64,000 nucleotides of DNA from the human T2T-CHM13v2.0 reference genome, Homo sapiens, in the NCBI RefSeq assembly GCF_009914755.1, contig NC_060931.1; one strand, 5' to 3'. The notes below the pieces were generated by a model, which was not told where the DNA came from, made no database searches, and saw only the letters and a list, made by a program, of their open reading frames with translations. Shown here piece after piece: positions 17,060-35,043 of this stretch. The position numbers were made by a program, and so were the translations under genes. The first letter of the stretch is position 1. Each line of letters begins with the position of its first letter.

Positions 17060-18660
17060 AGAAGCAGAGAAAAGTCAACATTACAAGAAACAAGTTTAAT
17101 TGCCTGATATGTACCATAGATTGAGGTCTTCAGCTGTGATTGCCCATCATTTCAAGATGAATGAATCCAGAGTAAGGGACATTGTAAAAAAAAAAAAAAG
17201 AAAAAATATATGAAGCCTTCACTGCAGCTACAGCAGCAGGCACAAAAGCTTTGCATTTGTTGCAAAATACATTTTTATCAAATTGAAAATTCAGCTTTTA
17301 TGAGGGTGCAGGGTTGCTGTAAGAAAGGCATACCTTTCCAATCTGTCACTGGGTCTAACGAAAAAAAGCCATAGCTGTAGACTCCAATGTGATTCCAGAA
17401 AAAGCAGTGTCATTATATGACAACTTAAAGCAAAAGGAAGGTGAAGGATCTAAAGCTGGAGAATTTAATGCCAGCAAGGGATGGTTTGATAATTTTAGAA
17501 AGAGGTTTGGCTTTTTAAATGTCAAGATAACATGAGAAGCAGCTTCTGCCAACCAAGAGGCAGCAGGTGAATTCCCAGAAGCCATTAAGAAAAACATTGA
17601 GGAGAAAGGATATCTGCTTGAACAGATTTTTAATGCAGACAAAATTGCCCTTCTGGAAAAAATTTTAAAAGCCACAAGGAACTTCTGTTGGTAGGGAAGA
17701 AAAGCAAGCACCAGGATTTAAGGCAGGAAGGAATAGGCTAACTACTATTTTGTGCAAGTGCAGTCGGGTTTATGATCAGGGCTGCCCTTATCTGTAAAGC
17801 TGCTAATCCCCAAGTCTTGAAAGGAAGAGATAAACACCAGCTGCCAGTCTTTAGGTTGTTGTACAACAAGAAGGCATGGACAACAAGAACCCTTTTTCTG
17901 GATTGCTTTCATCAATGCTTTGTCCCTGAAGTCAGAAAGTACCTTGCCAGTAAAGGATTGGTTTTTAAAGTTCTTTTGATATTGGATAATGCCCCTGGCC
18001 ACCCCAAACCCTATGAGGTCGAAACTGAAGGCACTGAAGTAGTCTACTTGCCACCAAACACTACGTCTCTGAATTCAGCTTCTAGATTGGGGGTTGTAAG
18101 GACCTGGAAGGCTCATTACACACAGCACTCTGTGGAAAGGATGTCAGTACTATGGAGGACCCCAATAGAGGAACATCATGAAAGCCTAGAAGGCTCACAC
18201 CATTGAAGATACCATCATTGTTATAGAAAAAGCTGTGAAAGCCATTAAGCCCCAAACAATAAATTCCTGCTGGAGAAAACTGTGTCCGAATGTTGTGTAT
18301 GACTTCACAAGATTTATGACATAGCCAGTCAAGGAAATCTTGAAAGAGTTGGTGGACGTGCCAAAAAAAAAAAATAGTGGGAGGGGGAACAAAAGTCTGC
18401 TTGATAGAGATCAATGCTTCTGAACTGGTGCCAGGTGATGAGAAAGGAGTCCTAGAAGAAGCAAACCCATAAAACAAAGTGATGTTAGATAATCTAGCAG
18501 AAGGGTTCTTATTATTCAAGACTGCTTTTGACTTCGTTTACAACATAGACTCTTCCGTGATACAAGCACTAAAACTAAAGCAAATGGTGGAAGAAGGATT
18601 GGTACCACATAGAAACATTTTTAGAAAAATGAAAAAGCAAAAAAGTCTAATTACAATGCA
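17060..18660 (+). pseudogene. Decayed Tigger2 transposase (HTH and DDE remnants)
   Basis: ORF fragments 17772-18206 and 18479-18847 with pogo DDE motifs; stops and frameshifts. Confidence 0.85.
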
Positions 18661-21600
18661 TTTCTTTAGCTACAATGAGTGTGCCTGCTTTTTCTGCCTC
18701 CTTTCCACCTCCTCCACCTCTTTTTCCTCTGCTACCCCTGAGACAGCAGGACCAATCCTTCCTCTTCCTCCTCCTCTTCAGCCTACTCAACATGAAAATG
18801 ATGAGAATGAAGACCTTTATGATGATCCACTTTCACTTAATGACTAGTAAGTGTATTTTTCCTTCCTTAAAATTTTCTTAACATTATCTTTTCTCTAGCT
18901 TACTTTATTGTCAGAATACAGTATATAATACATATAACATATGTGTTAATCAACTATTATGTTATTGGTAAGGCTTCCAGTCAAATAAGCATTTGTAGTT
19001 AAGTTTTGGGGGAGTCAAAAGTTGGATTTTCGACTGCACACAGTGGGGTTGGGGGAGTTGGTTCAGTACCCCAATCCCTGTGTTATCCAAGAGTCGACTG
19101 TATAACACACTATACAGTAATGGATTATTTGTGTGCTGAGAGGTAAATTTCAGGTGTTGGTATTTTATGGAATTTCTCTGTTCATAAATGAGACTGCAAT
19201 GTAGTTTTTTTTTTTTTTGGTGTGATTATCGCTATTTTATACCACTGACCTTATAAAATGATTTGGGTAGCTTTTCTGTGCCACCCGTGAGAATTATCTT
19301 TTTATGTTTAAGAGAAATTGCCTCTAACCTTTGTGTAAGGTCATTCTTACTAGTTTCTTCCATAGTGGTGATAAAGTTTAGTTGGCAAACACTTAGGATG
19401 TGAATTTTTTTTTTTTAATCCTGGCTTCACATCAATAGTGTGTCCTAGGGCACATTTTTAAAGCTTGATATGGCTCAATTTTCTCACCTATAAAATGTGA
19501 ATGATAGGTCTAAAGTTGTTTTGAGGGTTTCATGAGATAATTAAGTACGCAGTTGAAAAAGTGTCTGACACAGAATAAGCACTCAATAAATAGGAAGATA
19601 TTTATTTTTCCCCAAGGTTTTTGTCCTATCCAGTTATTTGGATTTTTTAATCTCCCTTTTTTTTCTTTCTTTTTCCTGCTTTCCTTGGAATTTTTCTCTT
19701 AGCTTGCTGAACTTTGTGACTGGTTGACTACTTTGTTTAAGATAGTCCTAGAAGAGAGTAAAAATTCAAAAAAAATGTATACTGGGTGTCAGGGCCACAA
19801 AGGTGACATTTTCTGACTTTACTCTCTAAGTTATATATAATGAATATATGTTACTTTTATAGTCATGAAAAAACACTGAGGATAGGAGGAGCTCAAGTTC
19901 CACCTGTGCCTGTGTGTGTTGGAAGGTGATGAACTCAAATGGTAGGATTAGGCGTATTCAACAGCATTCAAGATCACCTGTGGAAGTGAGTCTGTGCTAA
20001 ACAGATTTGTGATGGAGAATGTAACTGATAATAGTTGTCATTAAACATAGTTTCAGGTAATATATTTTATATTCAGTGCCAAAGGGATTCTTTAAATTTA
20101 AAAAGTGACATTCGCAATGCCTTACTTATACAGGAAGGATCTTAACAGTACATACTAAGAGGTTAACCTGACTGGATGGATGTGGGGTGCCACATATACA
20201 AGTCAGAATTTAAGAGATTACTACTTTATATTTTCTTTCTTTCTTCTTAGCTGCTCGCTGTTACTCCTTAAAAAGAATTGGCTATTCACCCGCAGTTCCA
20301 CAAAGTAAGAATTCAGCAGGTGGTCTGTAAAAGAGCTGTAGTAAAGGTTAATTGGCACAAAGGGAATCTTTGTTGCTATAGAGTCAGTCTTTAGCTTTAC
20401 ATTCCTGGTTTGTAAAAATAATGTCAATGCTTAATTTTCAAGGCTTTGATCAATACATCTTCTTATAAATTTTGAGTTTTAGCCAGCTTGTCCCAATGCT
20501 GAAGAAAAAAAACATTTTTGGGGAAAAAAATCACTTCAATCCTTCTCTGTAGCAGTTCAGACCATTAGCTTTCCTTTCTCTTCTCTCCTATTTCTGCCTC
20601 ACTCCCACTCTTTTTGATGCCAGGTCTTGCCCCATCTTAAACTTTTGTGTTTATTTATGATTCTTTGGTCATCCATATCAGAAAACTGATTTACTCTTGA
20701 AGTTGGTATTGAAAAATAGTATTCTTTAAAACTCAGGCTAATTTTAATTGAATGTCTTGGAATTTTTTTTATACTTTCTAAATTTGAAATATTTTGGGGT
20801 TCCAAATCAAGTCAACTCAGGATTTTAACTCAAGTTCATGGTAATGAAAGCCAGTAGACTAAATATATGTGTCTACCTCCTCTTATCCCCAACTCCCTGT
20901 GAAAAGACAGGAAAAAGAATTTACAGACAGAAATTTGTAATTCTGTAATAGCACTGAGAATGAGAACAGATGGAGTGACCATCAGCAAAGCAGAGACTTT
21001 CTAGGTTGTAGAAGACAGAAGACAGATGGTGCTGATTGATGAAGCAGGGCGAAGGAAGGGCTACCCAGCATTCCCGTGAGGGAGGCCTGTAGGGGGAATC
21101 TCTTCTTCCCCACTGAGTCCTGAAGAGACTTTAAGCAATGAGTCAATAGGAACAGAGGGCAGAAGAGATGATAGGACTTGCTATTAATTAAAGGAATATA
21201 AGTGAAAAGCTAGCTTGATATCCTGCCCACACAACCAGCCCATACAAAGATTGCAGCAACATCTGTTCCATGCTAATTTTGGAAATCTATTTCGAAAAAC
21301 ATTTCTTTTTGAACTCACAGCCTGGGAGGACTAGGAGTTCTAATGAACATGTTAACAACCCAGGGTAAACTCTATTCTTTTGATATTTGGAGAAGGAGCC
21401 AATCTGTCAACCTGTTTCTTGCCCATGAACCTAAAGTGAAACTTTAAATACCCAGTGAATTTAAAGTGTCTTCCTGATCTGTTGTGAGAAGCAGATCTAC
21501 CCAACAACGGAGGAAACTTACTATAGTGGACTGGGAGAGCAAGATAAAAGAAAGTCTAGCCAATGGTGACATGAAATTACACAAAATGTGATACAAGATA

Positions 21601-22072
21601 TTATTGCCAGATGAGTAAAGGATAAGAACTAGCAATTCACAAAATAAATACTACATAGAAAAAGTATCCACCCTCTTTAAGAAATCAGAGATATAATTAG
21701 AAATAACAATGAGATATTTTTCACAGTATACAAGTAGCAGGTTTTTTAAAAGAATACACAATGCCAGTAGGGATACTAGCAATACTAGCATAGTTACTGT
21801 GCTAAAGTACAGCACTTTAAGAAAGCATTTGGACAATGTGCATGATAAACCTTAAACAGTCAATTTATTAATTTTCCATTTCTTAGAGTCTATCTCATGG
21901 AAAGTACTTTAAATGTAGAAATAGGTGGTCATCCATTATAATTTTGAAGAATTCAAAACAGCTCTAATGTCTTATATTATGGTTTATGGTAAGTTAATTG
22001 CTTTGTGTCTACAGGATGATATATTACATAGCCATTAAAAATTACAGCTATGAAGTCAGTAAAACAACATAA

Positions 22073-22833
<761 letters not shown>

Positions 22834-23069
22834 CTATGAACCTATCCCCCACCCTCTCCCAATGCCTAGCATAGTACCTGACTCAATAAATACATGTTGG
22901 TGCAGAATATAGTCATAGGAAAAAGAAAAAGGAAATCCAGAAGCATACCAAAAGATCAGAGAAGCAGCTATACAAAGAGAGCCAACTTACAGATGAAACA
23001 TGTGTTAAAGAGTGGGATTTAACAGATGTCTTCATGTAAACCAGAGGCTATGCTTAGATTTTTCTTTTA

Positions 23070-23382
<313 letters not shown>

Positions 23383-23702
23383 GCCTGCTAGTAAACTTTC
23401 TGTCACTATTCTAATACATGGTTTGATGTAAGTCTTAATCAGTTAAGCAAGTGCCCTACTCATTTTTAAACTGGATCATTCAGGCATGGTTAATTCAGTT
23501 ATTTTTTCTGGCTGCATTTTTTAAAATTAACAAAGCTCTCATGGACAATATCAAGTTCATAAATATATCAATAACAGAAACTCAAACTACCAGGCTATAT
23601 ATATGCTTAATTTGTAGTAGCTCATACATAGAACCTAAAGCAGATATAAATTACTTAAATTATACTTTTAAAGATTAGATCTATTAAACATCTAAGCCTG
23701 CA

Positions 23703-24036
<334 letters not shown>

Positions 24037-25599
24037 TAAATTCAGTAAATAAAAACATCTATGTATTTAATTTCCAAATATGTAATACATTCACATGGAT
24101 CAAAATTCAAAAGGTGATGTATCCTTCCAGAATTAGCATAGGAATATGGAAGCACACATATATCTTTGCAATTAATTATTAATGCTTTTCTAAACTATAT
24201 CTTATTTTGAAAACACAGGGGTTTAAAAACAAATATTAAAATATAAATAGCAGTTTATGAGTCTTTTATTTCCTTTTCCACCTTTCAGGTTCTACCCTGT
24301 TACTTATTTCTCAATATTGCTGAAAACATTCAGGTCATAGTCTAGTAGCAAAACCACTGGGGCTGGGGTAAGAAAACTGCTTATTCTTAAGCTACTCTCA
24401 GATTTTTCTTATTAAATATTTTGATCTTTTAATAGATCAATATTGATTTCCATCATTTCCTTACAGTAACTCTTCTCTCCCCTCCTACTCCCAACTGGTC
24501 CCACAGAAGCTGCTTGTTTCCTTTCCTTTCCTTACCATAGTCACTTAAGCTAGGAAGTTTGTTGTTTTGGCTTAAATTCTCGCTTTCCTTTACCCCTCAC
24601 AACTAATCTAGTTCATTTGACTCTTTTTTTTTCTTAATATCTTTTAGATCCATCTGTCCCACCTCCCTAGTCCTAACTCAAGTCATCATTGACCTGTAGC
24701 CTTCCACCTGTTCTTCCTGCCTTCTGAGTCCCAGTCTCTTTTTTTAAAACTCCTGGTGCTTCTCCATTGCTCTAAGGATAAAAATCTAAAGACTTGGTTT
24801 ATAAAGTTCTGTCTTTGGCCCTTTTACTTTTTATAGCTTTCTTTCTTACTGTCACCCCAAGGTTCACTTAATTTGCTAATGCTTTGTCTTTCAAGTCTCA
24901 GCCATCACTTTCTCATGTGTTTTAGAAATTTTTTATAAGTTTTAACTGTGGTAAGGGCTTTACCTTTGTGCTACTGGTAATGATTTTGCACTGACTGTGG
25001 ACTGAGTATATGTGGCATATAAAGTTAGGGTCTTCTAAAAAGACGCCTGAATATTTGTTACGCTTTATTGAATAATTATTTAGGCATATTAGATATCTTA
25101 CATATGCTGTTTTATTAATGTTAACCTTAGTGTTACAAACAAGCTGAAACCCAGGGAGATAAAACTCGACCCTTCATTATGTTAAGATTCTGTGCTTTGA
25201 TGTCTGACAACATGTCTGGCAAGTCTTATAAATAAATTTTATTTTGCAGACAAGGCAAAACGTTAAACCATCTTTAAGCCATCAACTACTGTACCCTTAA
25301 AACAGAATATTACTTTTCTTAGTTCAGTCTTTGTTATTATTTTGTGTTCTTCTTATTCAGTACAATTAGAGTAACGTGAAAATACTAAGTTGTTATGTTT
25401 CAAAAGTAGAAAAATGCCGCAGGGATTTTCTTTGAATGTTGTTCCTACCGAGCTTGATGGCGTATTTAAAATGGAGGGTTTAACTATTTAGGATGTCAGT
25501 TATAACTAATGTCATTTTTTTGACTTCCTTCCATCTCTTTATAATAAATTATTAACTAAATAATAAGGCTTTATTTGTAAATATTCAAAACATAGTAGT

Positions 25600-26530
25600 T
25601 AATTTGCCACTTAAAATGTCAAACATTTTTGAGACACCAAAAGCATAAAGAAAAATACTCATCAAAAAATATGTCAAGAAAATGAAAAGATAAGCCACAA
25701 ACTGGAAGAAAATATTTTCAAAACACATCTCTGGAAAGGATTTGATTCAGAATATATAAAGAACTCTTAAAACTCACTTAAAAGACAAAACAAAAGTTTT
25801 TTAATGGACAAAAGATTTGAACACCAGAGTCATATGGATGGCAAGTAACTACATGAAAAGAGCTCAACATGATTAGTTATTAGGAAAATGCAAATTAAAA
25901 GGAAATACCACTACACATTCACTAGACTGCCTAAAATTAGAAGCCTGGGACAGTGCCAGGATGTGAAAGCAACTGGAAATCTCATACATTGTTAGTGGAA
26001 ATGCAAAAAGGTACAGCCACTTTGAAAAACATTTAATCACACACCATACAACCTACCAGTTCTGCATCTGTTGTTTACCCAAGAAAAATGAAAACATGTG
26101 TAGACCTGTACACAAAAGTTTATGACAGCTTTACTTATAAAATTTTAAAAAATGGAAATAACATAAATCATGATACATCCAGACAATGGAATACTATTCA
26201 GTCGTAAAAAAAAAAAAAAAAGATGCATGCACTGATACATGCAACAATATTTGTGTGTCTCAAAAGCCTTGTCTAACAGAAAGAAGCCAGGCATAAAAAG
26301 CTACATACATTATGATCCAAAAGGCAGAACAGTAAGGCCTGAAATCCTATCAGTGGCTGCCAGGGTGATGGAGAAGATTATCTGCAAAGGGACAAGAGGA
26401 AACTTTTTGGGGTAATGGAAATGTTCTGTACCTTGATTGTGATGGTAGTTACATGACTGTATACATTTATCAAAACTCATTAAACTATACACTTAAAAGG
26501 GTGAATTTTATTGTATGTAAATCAACCTTC
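25600..26530 (+). mobile_element. Old L1 (L1M-type) 3' region
   Basis: Degenerate ORF2 C-terminal and 3'UTR motifs (GAAAATGCAAATTAAAA, AATGGAATACTATTCAG). Confidence 0.75.
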
Positions 26531-26576
26531 CCTCAAAAAGTTCGAGTCAGTTTTCAACATATGGCAAAACACTTTC

Positions 26577-26792
<216 letters not shown>

Positions 26793-27389
26793 TTAGGAGA
26801 CAGATCAGAAGACTTCTGAGTCAGGTGCTTTGTGTTTTGACTTACTAGGTTTTTTTTAATCATGAAGATATTTTTAATTTTCATAATTAATAGTCTTTTT
26901 TTACTGTCAGAGTTTTGTACCTTTACCAAAATACACTCTTTATGTCTCAAGAACAGGTTGTCTTCATTTATTCAAGTCATGCTTTATGTTACTTAAGTGT
27001 TATTATTAAACTGTCTTCATGTATATCTTACACAGATAGTGGTAATTTTATTCTTAGTTATATACTCTTTGTGAGTGAGGTTGTAAATTGGGTCTTTCAT
27101 TATATATTCTGTCATTTGAGAAGAAATTTAATTGTATATGTTATATTCCTTATATAACCATTTACCCTTTGAAATCTCTTATTTGTAGTAATTTTGCAGT
27201 TGATTCCTTTGGTCTTTCTAGGTATGAAATCATATTATCAGTTAATAATGATCATTTGCCTCTTTCTTTCCTTTTCTAATATGGTACCACTTCCAGAACA
27301 GTGCCAAGTAAGAGTGATGCTAGCAGCCACCCTTATCTTACTCCTGATGTTAATGGAAGTGCTTTTATTTTGTCATTAAAAATGATTTT

Positions 27390-27805
<416 letters not shown>

Positions 27806-28196
27806 TGATTTGGGTTTTAAGACAGTTTCCATGTGATTAAGTGAACAATAATCTATTTCTACTTGTTTTATGAACAATTTTATCAAATATTATTCTAGAA
27901 CCTGTAGAGATACTCATATGATTTTTTTCATCTATTAATATCAGAAATTATGACTTACTAAGCCATTCTCGTATCTGGTTTGAATCACACCTGGTCACTT
28001 GGGTTTATTCTTTTAATGTGCTAGATTCTATCTGTTAACATTTTTCACTTAGAATTCTTTGCCCCATATTCATGTGATAGTCCAATCATTCTATTTTGTC
28101 TTTATTCTATTTTTGTCAGTACTCTGCATCACTGTTAGCCTAGCTTGCTAAAAAGAATTTGGAAGCTTTCCCTGTGCTCTGAGACATTAAATAGTA

Positions 28197-28969
<773 letters not shown>

Positions 28970-29014
28970 TATTGATGATACTTGTTCTTCTGTCAGTTAG
29001 GAAAATATACTTGT

Positions 29015-29322
29015 GGGCCTGGCACAGTGGCTCAGCCCGTAATCCTAACATGGAGGCCTAGGCGGGAGGATCGCTCGAGCCCAGGCGTTCAAGACCAGCC
29101 TGGGCAACACAGACCCTGTCTCTACAAAATACTTTAAAAATTAGCTGAGGGTGGTGCGTGCCTGTAGTCCTAGTTACTCAGGTGGCTGAGGTGGGAGGAT
29201 CACTTAAGCCCAGCAGGTCAAGTCTGCAGTGAGCTGTGATGGTACCATTACATTCTACACTCTAGCCTGGGCAACAGAGTGAGACCATGTCTGGGAAATT
29301 AAAAAAAAAAAAAAAAAAAAAA
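29015..29322 (+). mobile_element. AluJ
   Basis: Alu motifs. Confidence 0.88.
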
Positions 29323-29542
29323 CTGTATATCTCCTTTTCTTGGTCATGTATATTCTACCTCTTCTGAAATTGTTCATTTTATATTACCTGTGTTTTTTTA
29401 ATTGAGCAAATATTCTTAATGCAGATAGGGAGTATCATGTGTGAGTTGTTTATATGAAATACTTTCCATTCACTAAGACGGCCTTTACCTACTTGAAATT
29501 TATAATGATTTGATAGGGGCAGAACTTTAATGATCATAAGTC

Positions 29543-29835
29543 TTTTTATTTTTTTTGAGGCAGTCTCACTCTGTCACCCAAGTTGGAATGCACTGGCCTG
29601 ATCTAGGCTCACTGGAAGCTCCGCCTCCTGGGTTCACGCCATTCTCCTGCCTCAGCCTCCCGAGTAGCTGGGACTACAGGCGCCCACCACCACGCTGGGC
29701 TAATTTTTTGTATTTTTAGTAGATACGGGGTTCCACTGTGTTAGCCAGGATGGTCTCGATCTCCTGACCTGGTGATCTGCCTGCCTCGGCCTCCCAAAGT
29801 GCTGGGATTACAGGCATGAGCCACCGCACCCAGCC
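29543..29835 (-). mobile_element. AluY
   Basis: AAGCTCCGCC, TTCACGCCATTC and GTTAGCCAGGATGG diagnostics; TSD GATCATAAG(T/C)C. Confidence 0.9.
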
Positions 29836-29959
29836 GATCATAAGCCTTTAATGCACCGTTCAGATCAGAGGCAAGGGAAATGCTTCCTTGAATCAGTTTA
29901 TTAAAAAGGACTCTCACAACTTTTACCAGCCAATATTTTTATTAGACTGAAGCCTAAAA

Positions 29960-30188
29960 CAGGTTATGTATCCTTTATCTGAAATGCCTGGGATCAGAAG
30001 TGTTTGGGATTTTGGATTTTCTTCAGCTTTTAGAATATTTGCATTATACTTACCGGTTCAGCATCCCTAATCCAAAAATCCCAAATGCTCCTATGAGCAT
30101 TTCCTTAGAGGGTCATATCATCACTAAAAAATGCTGGATTTGGGAGCATTTCACATTTTGGATTTTTGGATTAGCTGTGCTTATCCTG
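29960..30188. mobile_element. Tigger4a/MER46A-like MITE
   Basis: CAGGTTATGTATCC...GCTTATCCTG termini. Confidence 0.75.
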
Positions 30189-30439
30189 TAATGAGCTTCT
30201 CTATCGAAAATCTAAAGAAGATAATAATGAATTCTGGACATACAAAGATCATTGGGGTTTTTGTTTTGGCAGGCATGGGGTATTTGACACCTTACTTGGT
30301 AGAGTATTCCTTAGTAAGTATTGAAAAAACGGGTTGATTGTTTTTTAGAATAATTTTTAAAGTTTAAGATAGAGAGTTTAGAGTCTGGATTGGAGATCTG
30401 TGGTCCGAAGCTCCTTGACCCACTTTCCTGTGTATGGTA

Positions 30440-31882
<1,443 letters not shown>

Positions 31883-32785
31883 TTGTGGAACCTGTTAACT
31901 AAACATACAAGGGCAGGATTCCATAGCCTCAGCACCTAGCACAGTGCCTTACGTAGTAAGGTAGGCCCTTGGTGTATTTTTGGAGAGAAGGAAAAATGGA
32001 GGAAAGAAGAAAGGAAATAAGTAGCTCGTATGAGCATGGTGTAGTTGTCTAGTTTCTGGATGAAGCAAAGCTTGAAGTGAGCTTGAAAACTTGAAGCCCA
32101 CCCATCACCCCAAATAGGTTCTATAGTATTATTCTAGGATATCACTTTAAAAAGTTGAACGGTAAGAGACAGAAAATAATTGAGGAGCCAAATAAGTCAC
32201 ACAATTTGGAATTCAAGGACCCCTGTTCCTTTGAAGGGGAAAAATACAAAGGCATGTACATGTGGATAAGTTGTATTTTAATTAAAATTCAAGCTCATAC
32301 CTCCAATTTCTAGTTTATATAAGGTACCAAGAACATAGTTAATTGCAGTTTTGCCAAGTAGAATAAATAAGTGGGCTTTGTTGATTTATTTTATGACTAG
32401 TTTTAATTATATTTTTTAAATAAAGTATACATTTACATGATACAAAAATCAAATGTACAAAATGGTATACTCTCTCACCTCTGTAGTGACTTAGTTTCCA
32501 TTTTCACAGACAACCTTGTGTTACCATTTTAAAAAAAAATCCTTCCAAATATATGAACAGGCAAATCCTGAATGTTCCTTTTTTGTTTTAATGTTTTTAG
32601 GCAATGCATAGCATATGGGATATGTTGTTCTGTATCTTTTTTTTTTTTTCCACTTTAGCTCTGTGTTGGAGTTCCTTCTATTTCAGTGCGTAAAGAGCTT
32701 CCTCATTTTTTGTGGTTACATATTATTCCATGTATCAGATTTACAGTTCCACCAGCAATCATTGAATATGCCTATTTCTCTACAC

Positions 32786-32973
32786 CACGGATAGACAAAA
32801 ATTTTCTGTAAAGGGCCGACAGAAAATATTTTAGGCTTGCAAGCCACATTCTCTGTTACGTATTCTTCTTGGTTTGGTTTGATTTTAATTACAACCCTTC
32901 AAAAACAAAAACCATTCTTAACTTACAGGCCATACGAAAACAAGTCAAGGGGGCTCTGGTTTGCTGGCCCTTG
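32786..32973. mobile_element. MER58-family hAT MITE
   Basis: TTTTCTGTAAAGGGCC...AAATATTTTAGGCTT motif. Confidence 0.6.
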
Positions 32974-33143
32974 CAAACATACAGTTATCAGTTTGGTGGA
33001 TAAAACGTTATCCCAGTATAGCTTTATTTGTATTTATCTTATCAGTGAGGTCAAGTATACTGAGTCATTTGTATATCCTTTTCTGTGACTATTCATATTT
33101 TTTGCCCAATTTCCTGCAGTTTTTTATTTATAGTAACTATTTT

Positions 33144-33172
33144 AAAGACTAGTCAAGTGCAGTAGTGAGAAG
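33144..33172 (-). pseudogene. Y1 RNA (RNY1) 3'-end retrocopy, 29 nt
   Basis: Reverse complement CTTCTCACTACTGCACTTGACTAGTCTTT matches the hY1 3' end as I recall it; A-rich tail follows on the minus strand. Confidence 0.85.
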
Positions 33173-33266
33173 TGCAGTATAGCTTTTTATATAGAGAAAT
33201 CATCTCTTATCTGTAAAATGAATTGCAAATGTTTTCCACAGTTTTATCTTTTTACTTTGCTTCTAG

Positions 33267-33562
<296 letters not shown>

Positions 33563-33651
33563 AGAAATTTTTTTCAGTAGTACAATTTTTCAAACTTATG
33601 ACGGGTTTTATGTAATACTTTAGACCTTCCCCACTCTAAGGTTATGAAACA

Positions 33652-34152
<501 letters not shown>

Positions 34153-34864
34153 ATTAAAAAAGATGATCAGTTCTTTCATATTTTTTTCCTTGTGCCTTTG
34201 TGATTTCATTTTGTCACTTAAATCTTTGATCTACTTAGGCTTTATATTGGTATGAGGAGAATAGATCCAACTTTTATTTTTTTCCAGTTGGCTTGACAAT
34301 TGTCCAAACACTACCTGTTGAATTATTCTCCGTCTTCCCCCACCCCCATTTGAAGTGCCACCGTTTATTACACACTACACTACAGTATGTATTTGAATCT
34401 GGTTTTGTATATTCTGTTCTATTGATCTATCTAGACAGGCTTGCTTTTGAATTCCGGCTCCCTCGCAAAATTATCTGTGGTTATATTTCATTGAAGAAAT
34501 TTAGATACAGTCAAAGAAATAAATCTACCTGCAGCCGGCATCTATACCCCTATTCTTTGCATTGTCTTACCTCCCATTACAAAGGAAGAGATGTCCCTGC
34601 TCCTGTTATGTTCCAGGTCCTAATTCTTCTGGTTCACTCCAGAACTTTGCTCCTAGAGTTCACTCTGTCTTCTAGATCATTAATTTATGCCTCTTTTGGA
34701 TGATTGTTATGCAGACATCCCCTAATAACATTTAAAAAGCAGCCAAACAAAAAGCCCTTTTCCTAACAACACCTTCCCATTATGATTGCATTTCTCCATT
34801 CATCTTGAGAGTAAAAATCCAATTCTGTACCTTCTGTTTCTCCTCAACCCAAACCCACCCTATT

Positions 34865-34866
<2 letters not shown>

Positions 34867-34900
<34 letters not shown>

Positions 34901-35043
34901 AGACAGAGTCTTACTCTCTAGCCCAGGCTGGAGTGCAATGGTGCAATCTTGGATCTTGGCTCACTGGAGCCTCCCGGGTTCAGGCGATTCTCATGCCTCA
35001 GCCCTGCAAGTAGCTGGGATTACTGGCATGCACTACCCACCCC
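34867..35043 (-). mobile_element. Alu right arm with long T tract
   Basis: Poly-T followed by GAGACAGAGTCTTACTC. Confidence 0.85.

Larger units (their letters stand above)
14193..19100 (+). mobile_element. Near full-length Tigger2 (pogo-like DNA transposon), interrupted
   Basis: TIRs CAGTTGACCCTTGAACAACA / TGTTATCCAAGAGTCGACTG, TA on both sides; decayed transposase (EFNASKGWFDNFRKRFG; VLLILDNAPGHP). Confidence 0.9.

Noticed and set aside
17355-18881. Domesticated TIGD-like transposase gene
   Set aside because: The frame is broken by stops, frameshifts and an insertion; antisense ORFs are shadows
20840-21650. Possible ancient L1/HAL1 5' region
   Set aside because: Resemblance is too weak to call without a profile search
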